DNA of 64,000 bases, taken from sequence record NC_052658.1, one strand, 5' to 3'. Position numbers and translations under genes: made by a program. This document shows positions 52,552 to 62,817 of this stretch, one piece after another. The DNA comes from Escherichia phage nepoznato. The notes below the pieces were generated by a model. The model had not been told where the DNA came from. It made no database searches and saw nothing but the letters and a program-made list of their open reading frames with translations. Position 1 is the first letter of the stretch. Every line of letters begins with the position of its first letter.

Positions 52552-53067
52552 GTGAGTATGTTCTTTGATGCAAATTCTCTTTTTGTATCTACAGCAGGGC
52601 AGTCTGCTGTTAATGCAGAATTTGAGGAAAGAGAAGAATGGATTGATAATCACAACTACGATCCAAGTAATTTAAACTGGTGCAGTTTGGATGTTGGTAA
52701 TCTTAGTCGAGATAATGCACTTAGAGCATACTACTCTGTATATACTGTTGACAATCTTTATCAATACTACGTGTTTCGTAGTCTTATTGTTAATCTTAAT
52801 TTAGCTGGACGTTTAAAGAACAATAAGGCATTCACATTGGGACATTATATTCCCTTCCGTAAAGGTGGTGTGCATTTTCCATGTAATTGGATTATTCAAA
52901 CACGAAAAGAAAACAGTTTAGCAGGAGACACCATGCCAAGATTTAAAGATAAGTGGACATGGGAAAAACAAATGGGATACATTAATGCACATTTGCCACC
53001 TAATCTAAAAGAACCTTACGCCAGCAGAGCTAAGGAAATGATGAGGATTGTCAAGAGTTTTTATTAA
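52552..53067 (+). CDS. hypothetical protein (possible His-Me finger nuclease motif)
   Basis: GHYIPFRKGGVHFPCNW...RKEN loosely resembles an HNH core. Confidence 0.35.
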   Translation: MSMFFDANSLFVSTAGQSAVNAEFEEREEWIDNHNYDPSNLNWCSLDVGNLSRDNALRAYYSVYTVDNLYQYYVFRSLIVNLNLAGRLKNNKAFTLGHYIPFRKGGVHFPCNWIIQTRKENSLAGDTMPRFKDKWTWEKQMGYINAHLPPNLKEPYASRAKEMMRIVKSFY

Positions 53068-53081
53068 GAGAGGAGAAATAC

Positions 53082-54674
53082 GTGTCTACACAATTGAGTT
53101 TTACACCTACCGACGAACAATACGCTATTGAAAGTGGGTATCAAGAAAATCGTTTCGTTACAATTCAAGCTAAATCTGGATCAGGTAAAACGTCAACGCT
53201 GTATATGTTGGCTAATGGCACAAATGATAGTATTCTATACTTAGCATTTAACAAAAGTATGGCAGAGGAAGCTCGACGTAAAATGCCGCCCAATGTTATG
53301 TGCCGAACGCTACATTCTATCTGTTACCAGCGTCTTCCACAAAACCTTCGACACAAATTATCTCGTCCAGAAGGTCAATATGTTAACGTAGCTGGCACTG
53401 GTAGTGAGATTGCCAAGAAATTCAAGATTCAGAACTTGATCGATAAGAATGGTAAAGTGCTACTGACTCGTGCAATGATCGGGTTAATGGTAAAACAAAC
53501 TTTAGCTAAATATGAGTTTTCTGACGATGAACATATCGGACATAAACATTTTCCTAAAGTGCACATGTCAGACTTAAAACGTAAAAACATCAACGAACAA
53601 AAACTTATTAACGAAGTTGTTAAATATGCGAAGCAACTTTGGCGTGAGCGTATTGATCCTAAATCAGAAACCATTATGACTCATGACACCTACGTGAAAC
53701 TCTTTGAATTGAGCAAAGAAGACTTAGGATACGATATTATTTTTGGAGATGAATTCCAGGATGTTAACCCTGCATTCCTGTCTATCCTTCGCAATGCTAA
53801 ATCGGCTAAACGTATTGTTGTTGTGGGTGATGAATTTCAGAGTATTTATCAGTTCCGTGGAAGCCAGAACATGATGAAGCAAACGGCTACATATGGGGTT
53901 GAGTTGCCTCTGACAGCTTGTTTTCGCTTTGGTCCTAAAGTTGCGGACATTGCTAATGCGATCCTTTCTGATCGCTCACCTCTGAAGCATCCGCTGGTAG
54001 GCAAAGGTTATGATACTGTCACTGGAAGTTTTCATTCCGATGTGGTAGATTATAGTAAACCTTACACCATTATTTTCCGTAAGAATTTGACCCTGTTGCT
54101 CGAAGCTATGGACCGAATCGCTAACGGAGAAGAGATTATTATTAACGTAGATACCAAAGATTTCATTTCTATGGTCGATAGTGTTAATGCTTTACGTAGA
54201 GGTGATTTGGACAAAGTTAAGCATGAGACAGTTCTACCTTACACTTCTTGGGAAGAATTTGTAGAGTGTGCAGAATCAGATCCTGATGCAAAACGACTTT
54301 TAAACATTGTTGTTTCTGGTAAAGCTAATAATATTGCATACACTTTACGTATGCACCGTAACTCTCCAACGGCTAAAGTTACTTTAACTACAGCCCACAA
54401 ATCAAAAGGTTTGGAATGGGATCAGGTTATTGTTGCAAATGACTTCCCTTCTAATTATGATAAGAAGGGTGAGTGGGTAGGTCTTGAAGAATCAGAACGA
54501 AATCTTCTGTATGTTGCACATACACGTTGTATTAAATGTCTGCAATGGAACCGGACTGTTCAAGAGATTTTAGACATGCATCGTTTAGGTAAGAGCACGG
54601 CTCCTGTATCTGAAGAAGATAAGCTTATAGCTGCCCTTGCTCGTAAGATTAATCAAATCAGAGAGGATCGTTAA
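53082..54674 (+). CDS. UvrD/Rep-family SF1 DNA helicase
   Basis: Walker A AKSGSGKTST, DEFQD, QSIYQFRG, C-terminal VAHTRC motif. Confidence 0.75.
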   Translation: MSTQLSFTPTDEQYAIESGYQENRFVTIQAKSGSGKTSTLYMLANGTNDSILYLAFNKSMAEEARRKMPPNVMCRTLHSICYQRLPQNLRHKLSRPEGQYVNVAGTGSEIAKKFKIQNLIDKNGKVLLTRAMIGLMVKQTLAKYEFSDDEHIGHKHFPKVHMSDLKRKNINEQKLINEVVKYAKQLWRERIDPKSETIMTHDTYVKLFELSKEDLGYDIIFGDEFQDVNPAFLSILRNAKSAKRIVVVGDEFQSIYQFRGSQNMMKQTATYGVELPLTACFRFGPKVADIANAILSDRSPLKHPLVGKGYDTVTGSFHSDVVDYSKPYTIIFRKNLTLLLEAMDRIANGEEIIINVDTKDFISMVDSVNALRRGDLDKVKHETVLPYTSWEEFVECAESDPDAKRLLNIVVSGKANNIAYTLRMHRNSPTAKVTLTTAHKSKGLEWDQVIVANDFPSNYDKKGEWVGLEESERNLLYVAHTRCIKCLQWNRTVQEILDMHRLGKSTAPVSEEDKLIAALARKINQIREDR

Positions 54675-54926
54675 ATGGCAGGGTATCACATAACAAATAT
54701 TAAGAAGCAACCTTATGGCAGCATAGAAAAGATTAAAGAGGAAGTAGAAGAACTTTTTGATGCTGTTGAACAGGATTGCAAAATAATGCAACTTGTTGAA
54801 TTATCAGATATTATAGGTGCTGTCGAGGGAGTTTTAGAACAACAGTTCCCAGATATGACTTTACAAGATTTGATCATTATGTCAAACATTACTAAACGCG
54901 CTTTCCGCACAGGAGGAAGATCATGA
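54675..54926 (+). CDS. MazG-like nucleotide pyrophosphohydrolase-like small protein
   Basis: 83-aa predicted all-alpha protein with EE..E acidic pattern (KEEVEELFDAVEQD, GAVEGVLEQ). Confidence 0.35.
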   Translation: MAGYHITNIKKQPYGSIEKIKEEVEELFDAVEQDCKIMQLVELSDIIGAVEGVLEQQFPDMTLQDLIIMSNITKRAFRTGGRS

Positions 54927-55480
54927 ACGTAGCTGTTATTGCTCAAGCTATTGATTACTATGGACGGTTTGCGGAGATGTTGGAAGTCCCTTATCTTGTA
55001 GATGCAGATATCCTTGCATATACATTACCAGAAGGTAAAGAGGATCGCCCCTTGGGGCATCCTAATGGGAAGTTTTATGTTGCCAGTGCCGAGCAATCAT
55101 TCTTGCAAATGGAAAAGGATGGCTACGAGTTTATCGCTGGTCATCCCTACATGGCCCTGACACCATGTTACCGCACAGAGGAAGTGTTGGATGATTCTCA
55201 CTTCAACATCTTCTTGAAGCTGGAGTTGATTGAGTTCTATCCCAGCTTTGGTGAAGTGAAAGAGTATGCCGAAGAAATGCGATACTTCTTCTGGACCTAC
55301 TACAAAGTCCAAACAAGAATTGTAGAAACAGAAATAGGGCTTGACGTGGAAGACATGAATGGTTTAGAATTAGGGTCATTCGGAACAAGATTGTCCCCAC
55401 AAGATCATCCATATATTTATGCAACAGCCATAGCCGAACCTCGTGCATCTATGGCAATTAACAGGAGGAATCATGATTAA
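54923..55480 (+). CDS. hypothetical protein
   Basis: 185-aa ORF. Confidence 0.45.
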   Translation: MNVAVIAQAIDYYGRFAEMLEVPYLVDADILAYTLPEGKEDRPLGHPNGKFYVASAEQSFLQMEKDGYEFIAGHPYMALTPCYRTEEVLDDSHFNIFLKLELIEFYPSFGEVKEYAEEMRYFFWTYYKVQTRIVETEIGLDVEDMNGLELGSFGTRLSPQDHPYIYATAIAEPRASMAINRRNHD

Positions 55481-56858
55481 TAAATTTGCCCGTAAACAGG
55501 AAGTTGCTGAAGCAGCACGTCGCGCTGGTGTGTATGACAAATTGTGTGAAGGTATTGTGAAGGTGTATGGCTGGGAGGGAGAAGATGATCCAACCTGTTC
55601 AGGTGATTTTGCAATGAACGATATGACCTTCCCATATATTTCCTACAATGTCTCCACTGGTGAAATAAACGGTGTAACCAGCACCAGTGTTGATCGTTAT
55701 CCAGACGCAGAACAAACCACAGGAGGTTACATGTTAGATTTGATTCTTAAGAAATCAGGGTTATTGGGAATCGAAGACGTTTTCGTAGATGCAGATAGTT
55801 TATCATTAGGAGATGTTGTTAAACTACTGGTAGACTTTAGGTTTGCAACAGGTAAAAGCTTCTGGAAGCCAGAAGATGCTGAACGTTTGAAGACAATCGA
55901 TCCAAGTATGTATGAACTGCCACAATATAAAGATAAACAATTCCGCAAGGTTATCTTCTTTGATCGTCAAGCAGGCTTAGATGCAATGCATATTGAAGTT
56001 GGGGATTTACCACGCCCACACTCTGCTGCTACTGGTGATCGCGGCCTTGTAGAAGTCACGGCTCAAGAATTTAAAAATATGTTTGCTGCGAAATACGATG
56101 AAGCTGCGCCTGTGCCAAGTATTGAGGAGCAAGAGGAAGAACAGTTTGTAGCGGAAGATACTGCATTTGAATATCTGCCGAACACAGGTGTTATGCCTTC
56201 GGAAGATTTCGTGCAGGTTCGCTTCAACAATGGTCAAACAGATGTTGCTAAGGGAACAGTGTTCACTTGGAATATCGACAATCTGGAAGAGTGGGCGATT
56301 AAAGAATACTTCATTCTCCCGCGCACGGCAAAATACAACTATAATAATGGTGGACACCGCCCTTGTGGTGGTCACGTAGAAGTTCTCTTTCGTGACGGAA
56401 CTACGGATAGTGGATCGGCTACGCATTTCACTTGGGGTCATGTTGGATATGATCGGGATATTGTTGGTTGGCTTCCAACTAACAACCCTAAACCACGTTA
56501 CCGTAAGCCTCGTAAGAAGCCTCCGGTAGGTAAGAAGAGTGTCGTTCGTGTCCTCTACACTACGCAACAGACCTACACATTTAAAAATGTGGTAGACGTG
56601 CAAGTAACCGAGGAGCGAGTTTATATCCAATATGATCGTGAAGTTACAGAGGGTATCAAAGAATCGGTTACTACCGAAATTGAAAATAAGCTTGTTATGG
56701 CAATCATTGTGGAAGAAAGTAAAGTAGAGAACGGTAAAGCCTATACTGTTCGTGATAGCTTCTTGCGTAATATCGATGGAACCTGGGATTACAATGGACA
56801 CGATGGGACCGCTGTGAAGAACGGTAAGATCATGGGAAGACAATTCCTCTCCAAATGA
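55473..56858 (+). CDS. hypothetical protein (about 461 aa)
   Basis: Track ORF 55443-56858; start moved to ATG after AGGAGG. Confidence 0.5.
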   Translation: MINKFARKQEVAEAARRAGVYDKLCEGIVKVYGWEGEDDPTCSGDFAMNDMTFPYISYNVSTGEINGVTSTSVDRYPDAEQTTGGYMLDLILKKSGLLGIEDVFVDADSLSLGDVVKLLVDFRFATGKSFWKPEDAERLKTIDPSMYELPQYKDKQFRKVIFFDRQAGLDAMHIEVGDLPRPHSAATGDRGLVEVTAQEFKNMFAAKYDEAAPVPSIEEQEEEQFVAEDTAFEYLPNTGVMPSEDFVQVRFNNGQTDVAKGTVFTWNIDNLEEWAIKEYFILPRTAKYNYNNGGHRPCGGHVEVLFRDGTTDSGSATHFTWGHVGYDRDIVGWLPTNNPKPRYRKPRKKPPVGKKSVVRVLYTTQQTYTFKNVVDVQVTEERVYIQYDREVTEGIKESVTTEIENKLVMAIIVEESKVENGKAYTVRDSFLRNIDGTWDYNGHDGTAVKNGKIMGRQFLSK

Positions 56859-56868
56859 TAAAACTTAA

Positions 56869-56895
56869 AGGCGCACTTTGCGCCTTTTTTGATTT
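56869..56895 (+). terminator. intrinsic terminator
   Basis: AAGGCGCA-CUUU-GCGCCUU hairpin followed by UUUUU. Confidence 0.65.
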
Positions 56896-56961
56896 CCCTC
56901 AAAGCTTTTTTCGGTTGAAAGAGGTAGAATAATAGTTCTACTCACAAAATAAGGATTAATA

Positions 56962-57834
56962 ATGAAAGATTTGTACCAAGATGTTTTTTCTTTTTTAGAT
57001 CGCACTTCAGAAACATACACTAGAGAGAATGCAAACAAACCTTCCCACCTTGTTAACACGCACAGGGATCTCTTGGCGGGGATTTTAAGCAAACATATGG
57101 CAATGACACAGATACTGCCAAAAAACTTGTCAGAATGGCATACAGAAGGTTTTGGACATATTCACGACTTGGATTATCTGCTCTCTCCTCTTACAAACTG
57201 TTGTCTTGTTAATTATCAAGATATGTTAGAGAATGGTTTTAAGATCGGTGCTGCACAGATAGAAAAACCAAAATCTATTGGAGTAGCTACTACAGTGCTA
57301 ACTCAAATCATCCAAGCTGTTGCCTCCAGTCAGTATGGAGGTCAGACGTGTGCGCACATTGATAAAGGTCTTAGTCCTTATGTTGAAGCCAGTTTCCTTA
57401 AAAACATGGAGATAACCAAACGTCGCTACGGTTGTTATGCAAGGAAAGAAGCCCTAGAAATGACCGAACAAGATGTATATGACGCTATGCAAACTCTTTT
57501 GTATCAGGTTAACACTTTAATGAGTGTTAATGGACAATCTCCTTTTATTACAATCAGTATGGGTCTGGATACCTCTGTTTTTGGCAGAATGATCACAGCT
57601 AACTATCTTAAAGTGCATAGTAACGGTCTAGGTAAAGATCATGTAACGCCTGTATTCCCTAAAGTTATTTTCTTTTTACAAGAAGGTGTTAACATGAAAC
57701 CTAGTGATCCTAACTACGACCTTAAGCAACAAGCTTTGGCATGTTGTGCTGATCGTATTTATCCAGATTTTATTTCTGTTCCTTTGAACAAAGAAGTTAC
57801 GGGATCAGCAGATGGTACCGTTACGAGTATGGGT
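56962..57834 (+). CDS. nrdD: anaerobic ribonucleoside-triphosphate reductase NrdD, exon 1
   Basis: Colinear with T4 NrdD N-terminal half (NANK, RDL.AGI.SKH, NCCLV, ENGFK.G.AQIE.PKSIGVAT, SPMG); track ORF stop lies inside the intron. Confidence 0.85.
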
Positions 57835-58604
57835 AAACTATAACTGCTCATGTAAAATCTGCCTAAACGGGGGAACTCTCAACAGAGACAATCCCGTGCT
57901 AAACGTAACAGAACTCCCAACACAGAAGAAGGGGGTACTGATATGAGAAAACAAATTCGTGATTTTGAAGGGTATGAAATTGACGAGCTTGGAAATGTTT
58001 ATTGTACCAGGTATAAGGATGAAAGAATCCTTCGCTCGTGGGAAGAAATAAACACAGGATACCAACTTGTCAGAATACGTAAAAACAAGAAAACTGTTTG
58101 CTTTCGGGTGCACAGACTTGTAGCTGAAGCGTTTTTACCCAATCCAGACAATTTACCTTATGTGAAGCATAAAGGTGACAATAGGAAAGACAACAGTGTA
58201 TACAATCTTGAGTGGGGATCTTGTCCAGACAACACGCAAGAGGGTTACGATAATAACTGTTATGCTTTCTACACAAGGTGTCACAGTGTAAAAGCTACTC
58301 ATAAGGCTACTGGTGAAGTTTTTTACTTTAAAAGTCTGAGATGTTGTGCTGACGCTTTAGGGTTGGACAGAAAAAGAATATCTGCAATCTTAAAACAAGG
58401 AGCACCAAATAATTATGATTATGAGTTCTGTTACGAAATGCCTAACGACTAGCTGTGATGAATGTAGCAGCGTAGGGTGTAAGCCTATGACACCCCAAAT
58501 GGTAGACATGCTTTAAGCATGAAGATATAGTCTGATCTGCATGGTGACATGCAGCAGCACGTAATGGTGCGGGAGTGGCCTTGCGAGCCACTTTGAACAT
58601 AATG
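57835..58604 (+). mobile_element. group I intron in nrdD carrying an HNH homing endonuclease ORF
   Basis: 770-bp insertion between SMG and CRSFLS codons; exon 1 ends in T and the insertion ends in G; boundaries inferred from T4 NrdD alignment. Confidence 0.6.
57943..58452 (+). CDS. intron-encoded HNH homing endonuclease
   Basis: GYEIDELGNVY...VHRLVAEAFLPNP...KHKGDNRKDNSVYNLEWG motifs typical of phage HNH endonucleases. Confidence 0.75.
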   Translation: MRKQIRDFEGYEIDELGNVYCTRYKDERILRSWEEINTGYQLVRIRKNKKTVCFRVHRLVAEAFLPNPDNLPYVKHKGDNRKDNSVYNLEWGSCPDNTQEGYDNNCYAFYTRCHSVKATHKATGEVFYFKSLRCCADALGLDRKRISAILKQGAPNNYDYEFCYEMPND

Positions 58605-59546
58605 TGTAGAAGTTTCTTGTCATACTATGCAACAGAGCAAGGAGAAAAATATGATGGACGATTCAACCTTGGAGTAGTTTCTATCAACTTGCCTCTGATT
58701 GCTGCGGAAGCGAGAAGTAAAGGAGAATCTTTCACCGATCTTCTTAATAAACATATGGAGATAGCCTACGATGCTCACATGCTACGTGTAAACCGTATCA
58801 GACATACCAAAGCATCTGAAAACCCTATTCTTTTCATGGAAGGGGCTTTAGCGCGTTTAAATGCCAATGATGAAATTGGTGTTTTGTTTGAAGGTGGTTA
58901 TGCTTCTATTAGTATTGGTTATGTAGGTCTTGCCGAAGCTTTGGAAATCCTTTATCCAGAAGAAAAAGATAAAAAGGAACTTGGTAAAAACATTCTGCAA
59001 CATATGAAAGATGTGTGTGCTGTGTTTAAAGAGCGATCTAAGCTGGCATTTAGTCTCTATGGAACTCCAGCAGAATCTTTGTGCTATAAGTTTGCAACAG
59101 CTTTAAATGAAAAATACCCAGGTTTGGTAGAAAGAGACTATCTTACTAACTCTTTTCATCAACCTGTATGGTTGGTAACAAATCCTTTTGAAAAATGGGA
59201 TTATGAAGCAGGTTTTGCACAGATTAGTAATGGTGGTAACATAAGTTATGTCGAAACACCAAACTTAAAGAATAACTTAGAAGCTTTGGAGACTTTAGTA
59301 GACTACGCTTATGAACATATTCACTATTTTGGTATTAATCAGCCCGTGGATCAATGCTTTAAGTGTGGTTTTCATGGAGAATTTAAGGCAACGGCTAAAG
59401 GGTTTGAGTGTCCTGATTGTGGCAACCATGAAGAAGAAACTATTTCTGTAGTTAGACGTGTATCAGGGTATCTTTCTGCTCCTAATTCACGGCCTTATAA
59501 CAAAGGTAAAATGCAGGAAGTTTTGCAAAGGGAGAAACATCTTTGA
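58605..59546 (+). CDS. nrdD: anaerobic ribonucleoside-triphosphate reductase NrdD, exon 2
   Basis: CRSFLS...NLGVV.INLP, TPAE.LCY.F, Zn-site CFKCG...CPDCG and glycyl-radical motif RVSGYL; joined product about 604 aa. Confidence 0.85.
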   Translation, partial: CRSFLSYYATEQGEKYDGRFNLGVVSINLPLIAAEARSKGESFTDLLNKHMEIAYDAHMLRVNRIRHTKASENPILFMEGALARLNANDEIGVLFEGGYASISIGYVGLAEALEILYPEEKDKKELGKNILQHMKDVCAVFKERSKLAFSLYGTPAESLCYKFATALNEKYPGLVERDYLTNSFHQPVWLVTNPFEKWDYEAGFAQISNGGNISYVETPNLKNNLEALETLVDYAYEHIHYFGINQPVDQCFKCGFHGEFKATAKGFECPDCGNHEEETISVVRRVSGYLSAPNSRPYNKGKMQEVLQREKHL

Positions 59547-60013
59547 ATTTTGCAGGATATGAACCTGTAGATCTTATTAATGGTGAGGGAGTTAGGTGCT
59601 CCCTCTGGGTTAGTGGTTGTAGCCACGGTTGTCGTGGCTGTTTTAACCAGAAAGCCTGGTCTTATTCTTACGGGGAACCGTTTACTCACGAAAATGTAGA
59701 GCAAGTTTTAAAAGATTTGTCAAGACCGTTTGTAAAAGGTTTAACAATTTTAGGAGGAGAACCATTAGATCCGCAGAATATTTACAATGTTAAAAGCCTT
59801 ATAGAAAAGGTTAGAGACGTTTATGGGTCAAGCAAAGATATAATGGTGTATACAGGATATACTTTTGAGGAAGTGCCTTTATATATTAAAAATCTTGTTG
59901 ACATTATTGTAGACGGAAAGTATGAAATAAACAATCCAACTACAAAACCTTTCAGAGGGTCAGATAATCAAAGATTATGGACCAAAACGGCAAGTGGTTG
60001 GCAATCAGATTAA
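59543..60013 (+). CDS. nrdG: anaerobic RNR activating protein NrdG (radical SAM)
   Basis: Cys cluster CSLWVSGCSHGCRGC near N-terminus; directly downstream of nrdD. Confidence 0.85.
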   Translation: MNFAGYEPVDLINGEGVRCSLWVSGCSHGCRGCFNQKAWSYSYGEPFTHENVEQVLKDLSRPFVKGLTILGGEPLDPQNIYNVKSLIEKVRDVYGSSKDIMVYTGYTFEEVPLYIKNLVDIIVDGKYEINNPTTKPFRGSDNQRLWTKTASGWQSD

Positions 60014-60015
60014 CT

Positions 60016-60218
60016 TAGGAGGTTTCATGGTTACATATTTTGCTGTAGGAGATAGAGTAGGGACGGCAGGAGAACTGTTGAAGAACAGTGATCGGGACGT
60101 TAAGGAGATTCTTGCAACCCTTGTGGATATTTTACAAAGAAAAGAGTTGCTTTCTGATCGAGATGTTGCTAAATTACTTGATATCGGAGGAGATGAACTT
60201 CAAAGACTTCCATTTTAA
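60016..60218 (+). CDS. hypothetical protein
   Basis: Track ORF 59994-60218; probable start MVTYFAV after GGAGG. Confidence 0.4.
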
Positions 60219-60233
60219 GTGAGGAGATAAGTA

Positions 60234-60839
60234 ATGCAACATAGTGTAGTAGTCAACATGCCGAATAGTGGGGATAAATCTTTTGGTGTCCCTGCTAAAA
60301 AAGTGTGGAAAGCCCATTTTCATCTTACTTTATCTAACGTTAGTTCTGAAGAGTTGATGAAAGCAGCTAAGATTATTGGTGCCAAATGCACAACAATTGA
60401 TTTACATCGGGATACAAAGTCTCAACGTGATCGTATGTTAACAAAGTATCAAAGCGATCTCGACACTACTTTAATGTTGCAGTGTGTAGAAAAACTTGAG
60501 AATGCAGGTTTCAATGTTGTTCGTTACAAACTGGAACGAATGTTTAAACATGTTGCCTGTGTTCTTTTCATGGATCTAAGTAAAGAAAATTATGGAGAAG
60601 TTCACATTAAGACTTCAGCAAGTGATCCCGAAGTAGAAACAAACTTCTTCCGTATTTCTTCTAATGCTGAAGAAATTGATTACCGATTTTATAATGCTCG
60701 CTTATATTCCGCAGAAGATAAGTTGCGTTTCAATGAAGCGTATGATATGCTCTTGAACAGTGGGATACAGATAAAAGGCTACCACATAGAACAAGTGGTA
60801 GTGGACAGTAATCTTAACTTAGACGCATGGTGGGCTTAA
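60234..60839 (+). CDS. hypothetical protein (one H-x-T-x motif; weak 2H-phosphoesterase resemblance)
   Basis: 201 aa with FHLTL near residue 28; second motif not evident. Confidence 0.45.
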   Translation: MQHSVVVNMPNSGDKSFGVPAKKVWKAHFHLTLSNVSSEELMKAAKIIGAKCTTIDLHRDTKSQRDRMLTKYQSDLDTTLMLQCVEKLENAGFNVVRYKLERMFKHVACVLFMDLSKENYGEVHIKTSASDPEVETNFFRISSNAEEIDYRFYNARLYSAEDKLRFNEAYDMLLNSGIQIKGYHIEQVVVDSNLNLDAWWA

Positions 60840-60840
60840 T

Positions 60841-61497
60841 ATGACTATTAAACATATCTCTTTTGATGTATGGAACACACTGATCACAGCAAACTCCAAT
60901 TACGCAGACATGCGAGCCTGGACTATCGCAAAATATGGAGATATTACGGAAGTGGAAGCAAGAGCAGCTTATAAGAAGATCAAAAAGGAACTGGATAATG
61001 CAGCACTTCAAGGCAAAGCCGAGTGTGCAGCATACGCCTGGGAAAGACTTGGTTCTGAACTTGGGATAACACCTTGGAAGTCTGCAAAGCTTCGTTTCGA
61101 GTGTGAACAGTGGTTCCTTAAGTTTCCACCACACGTAGCCGTGGATCTGCCGATGTACTTGCTGTATCTTTCGGGACGTTATGATTTGAGTATTAAGAGC
61201 AATACCAACTTTATATCAGGGGATATCCTGCGTCGTGCTTGTAAGTTTGATAGTTGGAATTGTTTTGAGTTCACCCATTTCTCGGATGAAGCTTTACTTT
61301 GTAAACCAGATCCGCGATTCTTTGCTCGCACGCTCACATATTCTCCGATCCCTCTGTTAGGGCACGAAGTATTGCACGTAGGCGATAGTGAAGAATATGA
61401 TGGAAAATGTGTTGACTTAGGATTTAACTTCTGTCATATTAAGAACCCTAACGACTTACTAGAGAAACTTAAAAGAGGAGAAATTGTAAATGCGTAA
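60841..61497 (+). CDS. HAD-superfamily hydrolase-like protein
   Basis: Motif I-like FDVWNTL near N-terminus and motif IV-like HVGDSEEYD. Confidence 0.5.
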   Translation: MTIKHISFDVWNTLITANSNYADMRAWTIAKYGDITEVEARAAYKKIKKELDNAALQGKAECAAYAWERLGSELGITPWKSAKLRFECEQWFLKFPPHVAVDLPMYLLYLSGRYDLSIKSNTNFISGDILRRACKFDSWNCFEFTHFSDEALLCKPDPRFFARTLTYSPIPLLGHEVLHVGDSEEYDGKCVDLGFNFCHIKNPNDLLEKLKRGEIVNA

Positions 61498-62317
61498 TCA
61501 AACTCAAATTTTTGCAAATAAATTTGATGACCTGGAAACTGCTACTTTTGATATCCAAGATTATTCAAAATTGAAATTTGGTAGTAACCAAGCCGCGCGT
61601 CGTATGGGTAAAGAATTGGCACTTCAGTTTTTTGCTCAAGTGGCAATGAAACATATTGGGGAACAATTTGTTATCATTCCTTCTCCTTACAACCATGTGC
61701 ATAATGCTGCAACAATGATGACAGATCATTTTATTAATTACTTTAACATGTTGCAATCACAATATAATCAAGGTCGTTCAGCAGAACTGGACATTATTCA
61801 TCGTAAAGTTAGCTATATCAACGATTATGGTTTCTTGGATAAAGCTAGTCGTAAGAAACTTATTGATGGGGATACATTCTACTGCAACAAAGAATTCTGG
61901 GGTGATAAGAAGCTTGTATTCATTGATGATGTAAATATCACTGGAACGCATGAAGACAAACTGATTGAGATTCTTGATGAAAATCAAGTTAAAAATGATG
62001 TTTACTTCCTGTATTTTGCAAAATATGAAGGTAATCAAGCAGATACCGAAGCTAAACTGAATTTTAACTACATTAATACACCAGAAGCGTTTGTTAAAAT
62101 GATTAATGAAGAACGTGATGCACAGTGTCTTGTTCGTCCTATTAAATATCTTATGGGCCAAAATCATGAAGACTTCAAAATCATTCTTAGCCAATTGCCA
62201 CACTACTATGTAGAGCAACTTTTCTTCGGCTGTTTAGCTGAAGGCTACAATCGAATTGCAAAGTATACTGAAAACTTTGAATTCTTGGATCGTTACACAA
62301 AACAACACATTCTGTAA
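61490..62317 (+). CDS. phosphoribosyltransferase-fold protein
   Basis: PRPP-binding-loop-like KKLVFIDDVNITGTHEDK. Confidence 0.5.
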   Translation: MRNQTQIFANKFDDLETATFDIQDYSKLKFGSNQAARRMGKELALQFFAQVAMKHIGEQFVIIPSPYNHVHNAATMMTDHFINYFNMLQSQYNQGRSAELDIIHRKVSYINDYGFLDKASRKKLIDGDTFYCNKEFWGDKKLVFIDDVNITGTHEDKLIEILDENQVKNDVYFLYFAKYEGNQADTEAKLNFNYINTPEAFVKMINEERDAQCLVRPIKYLMGQNHEDFKIILSQLPHYYVEQLFFGCLAEGYNRIAKYTENFEFLDRYTKQHIL

Positions 62318-62331
62318 TAAGGAGCTAAAAA

Positions 62332-62805
62332 ATGCTTAAAATGAAAACAGGTAATCTTATTGATGCCGCTAAAGCAGGTGAAGTAACTGTTATTGCTCAT
62401 TGTTGCAATTGTATGTGTAATATGGGGGCAGGAATTGCTCCGCAAATTAAACGAGCATTCCCTTATGCATATGCGGCGGATTTAGACACAATGGCTGGTG
62501 ATCAGAGTAAGTTAGGTTCTTTTAGTTTAGGGGTGCCAGACGAACAATCAGACCCTTTGGTATATAATCTATACGGGCAATACCGTTACGGATATAATGC
62601 TAAAGGTCGTCAGTTGGACTATGATGCCCTATACGATGCACTAATAGCTATGGCTAATGATTTGCTTCTCCGTGACCAAAAATGTAAGATCGGTTTACCT
62701 ATGATTGGAGCGGGACATGCCGGAGGTAATTGGGCTATCATCCAAGTGATGATTGAAGAAACTTTAGTAAAAACAGGTCACGATGTGACTATTTATAAAC
62801 TTTAA
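62332..62805 (+). CDS. macro-domain protein (ADP-ribose binding/processing)
   Basis: VIAHCCNCMCNMGAGIA and IGLPMIGAGHAGG glycine-rich loops typical of macro domains; 157 aa. Confidence 0.55.
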   Translation: MLKMKTGNLIDAAKAGEVTVIAHCCNCMCNMGAGIAPQIKRAFPYAYAADLDTMAGDQSKLGSFSLGVPDEQSDPLVYNLYGQYRYGYNAKGRQLDYDALYDALIAMANDLLLRDQKCKIGLPMIGAGHAGGNWAIIQVMIEETLVKTGHDVTIYKL

Positions 62806-62817
62806 GAGGAGATTAGT

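Noticed and set aside
60234-60839. Confident 2H-phosphoesterase (Acb1-like) call
   Set aside because: Only one H-x-T-x motif (FHLTL) is present and the second is not evident; left as hypothetical.
2850-62218. Many track ORFs antisense to or nested in stronger genes (for example 2850-3125, 3293-3484, 6599-6841, 7400-7654, 11328-11573, 12585-12881, 14692-15102, 16488-16748, 22128-22472, 43916-44188, 53429-53674, 55097-55448, 56007-56843, 61565-62218)
   Set aside because: They lie opposite or inside ORFs with recognisable domains or tandem packing, lack RBSs and have low-complexity translations.
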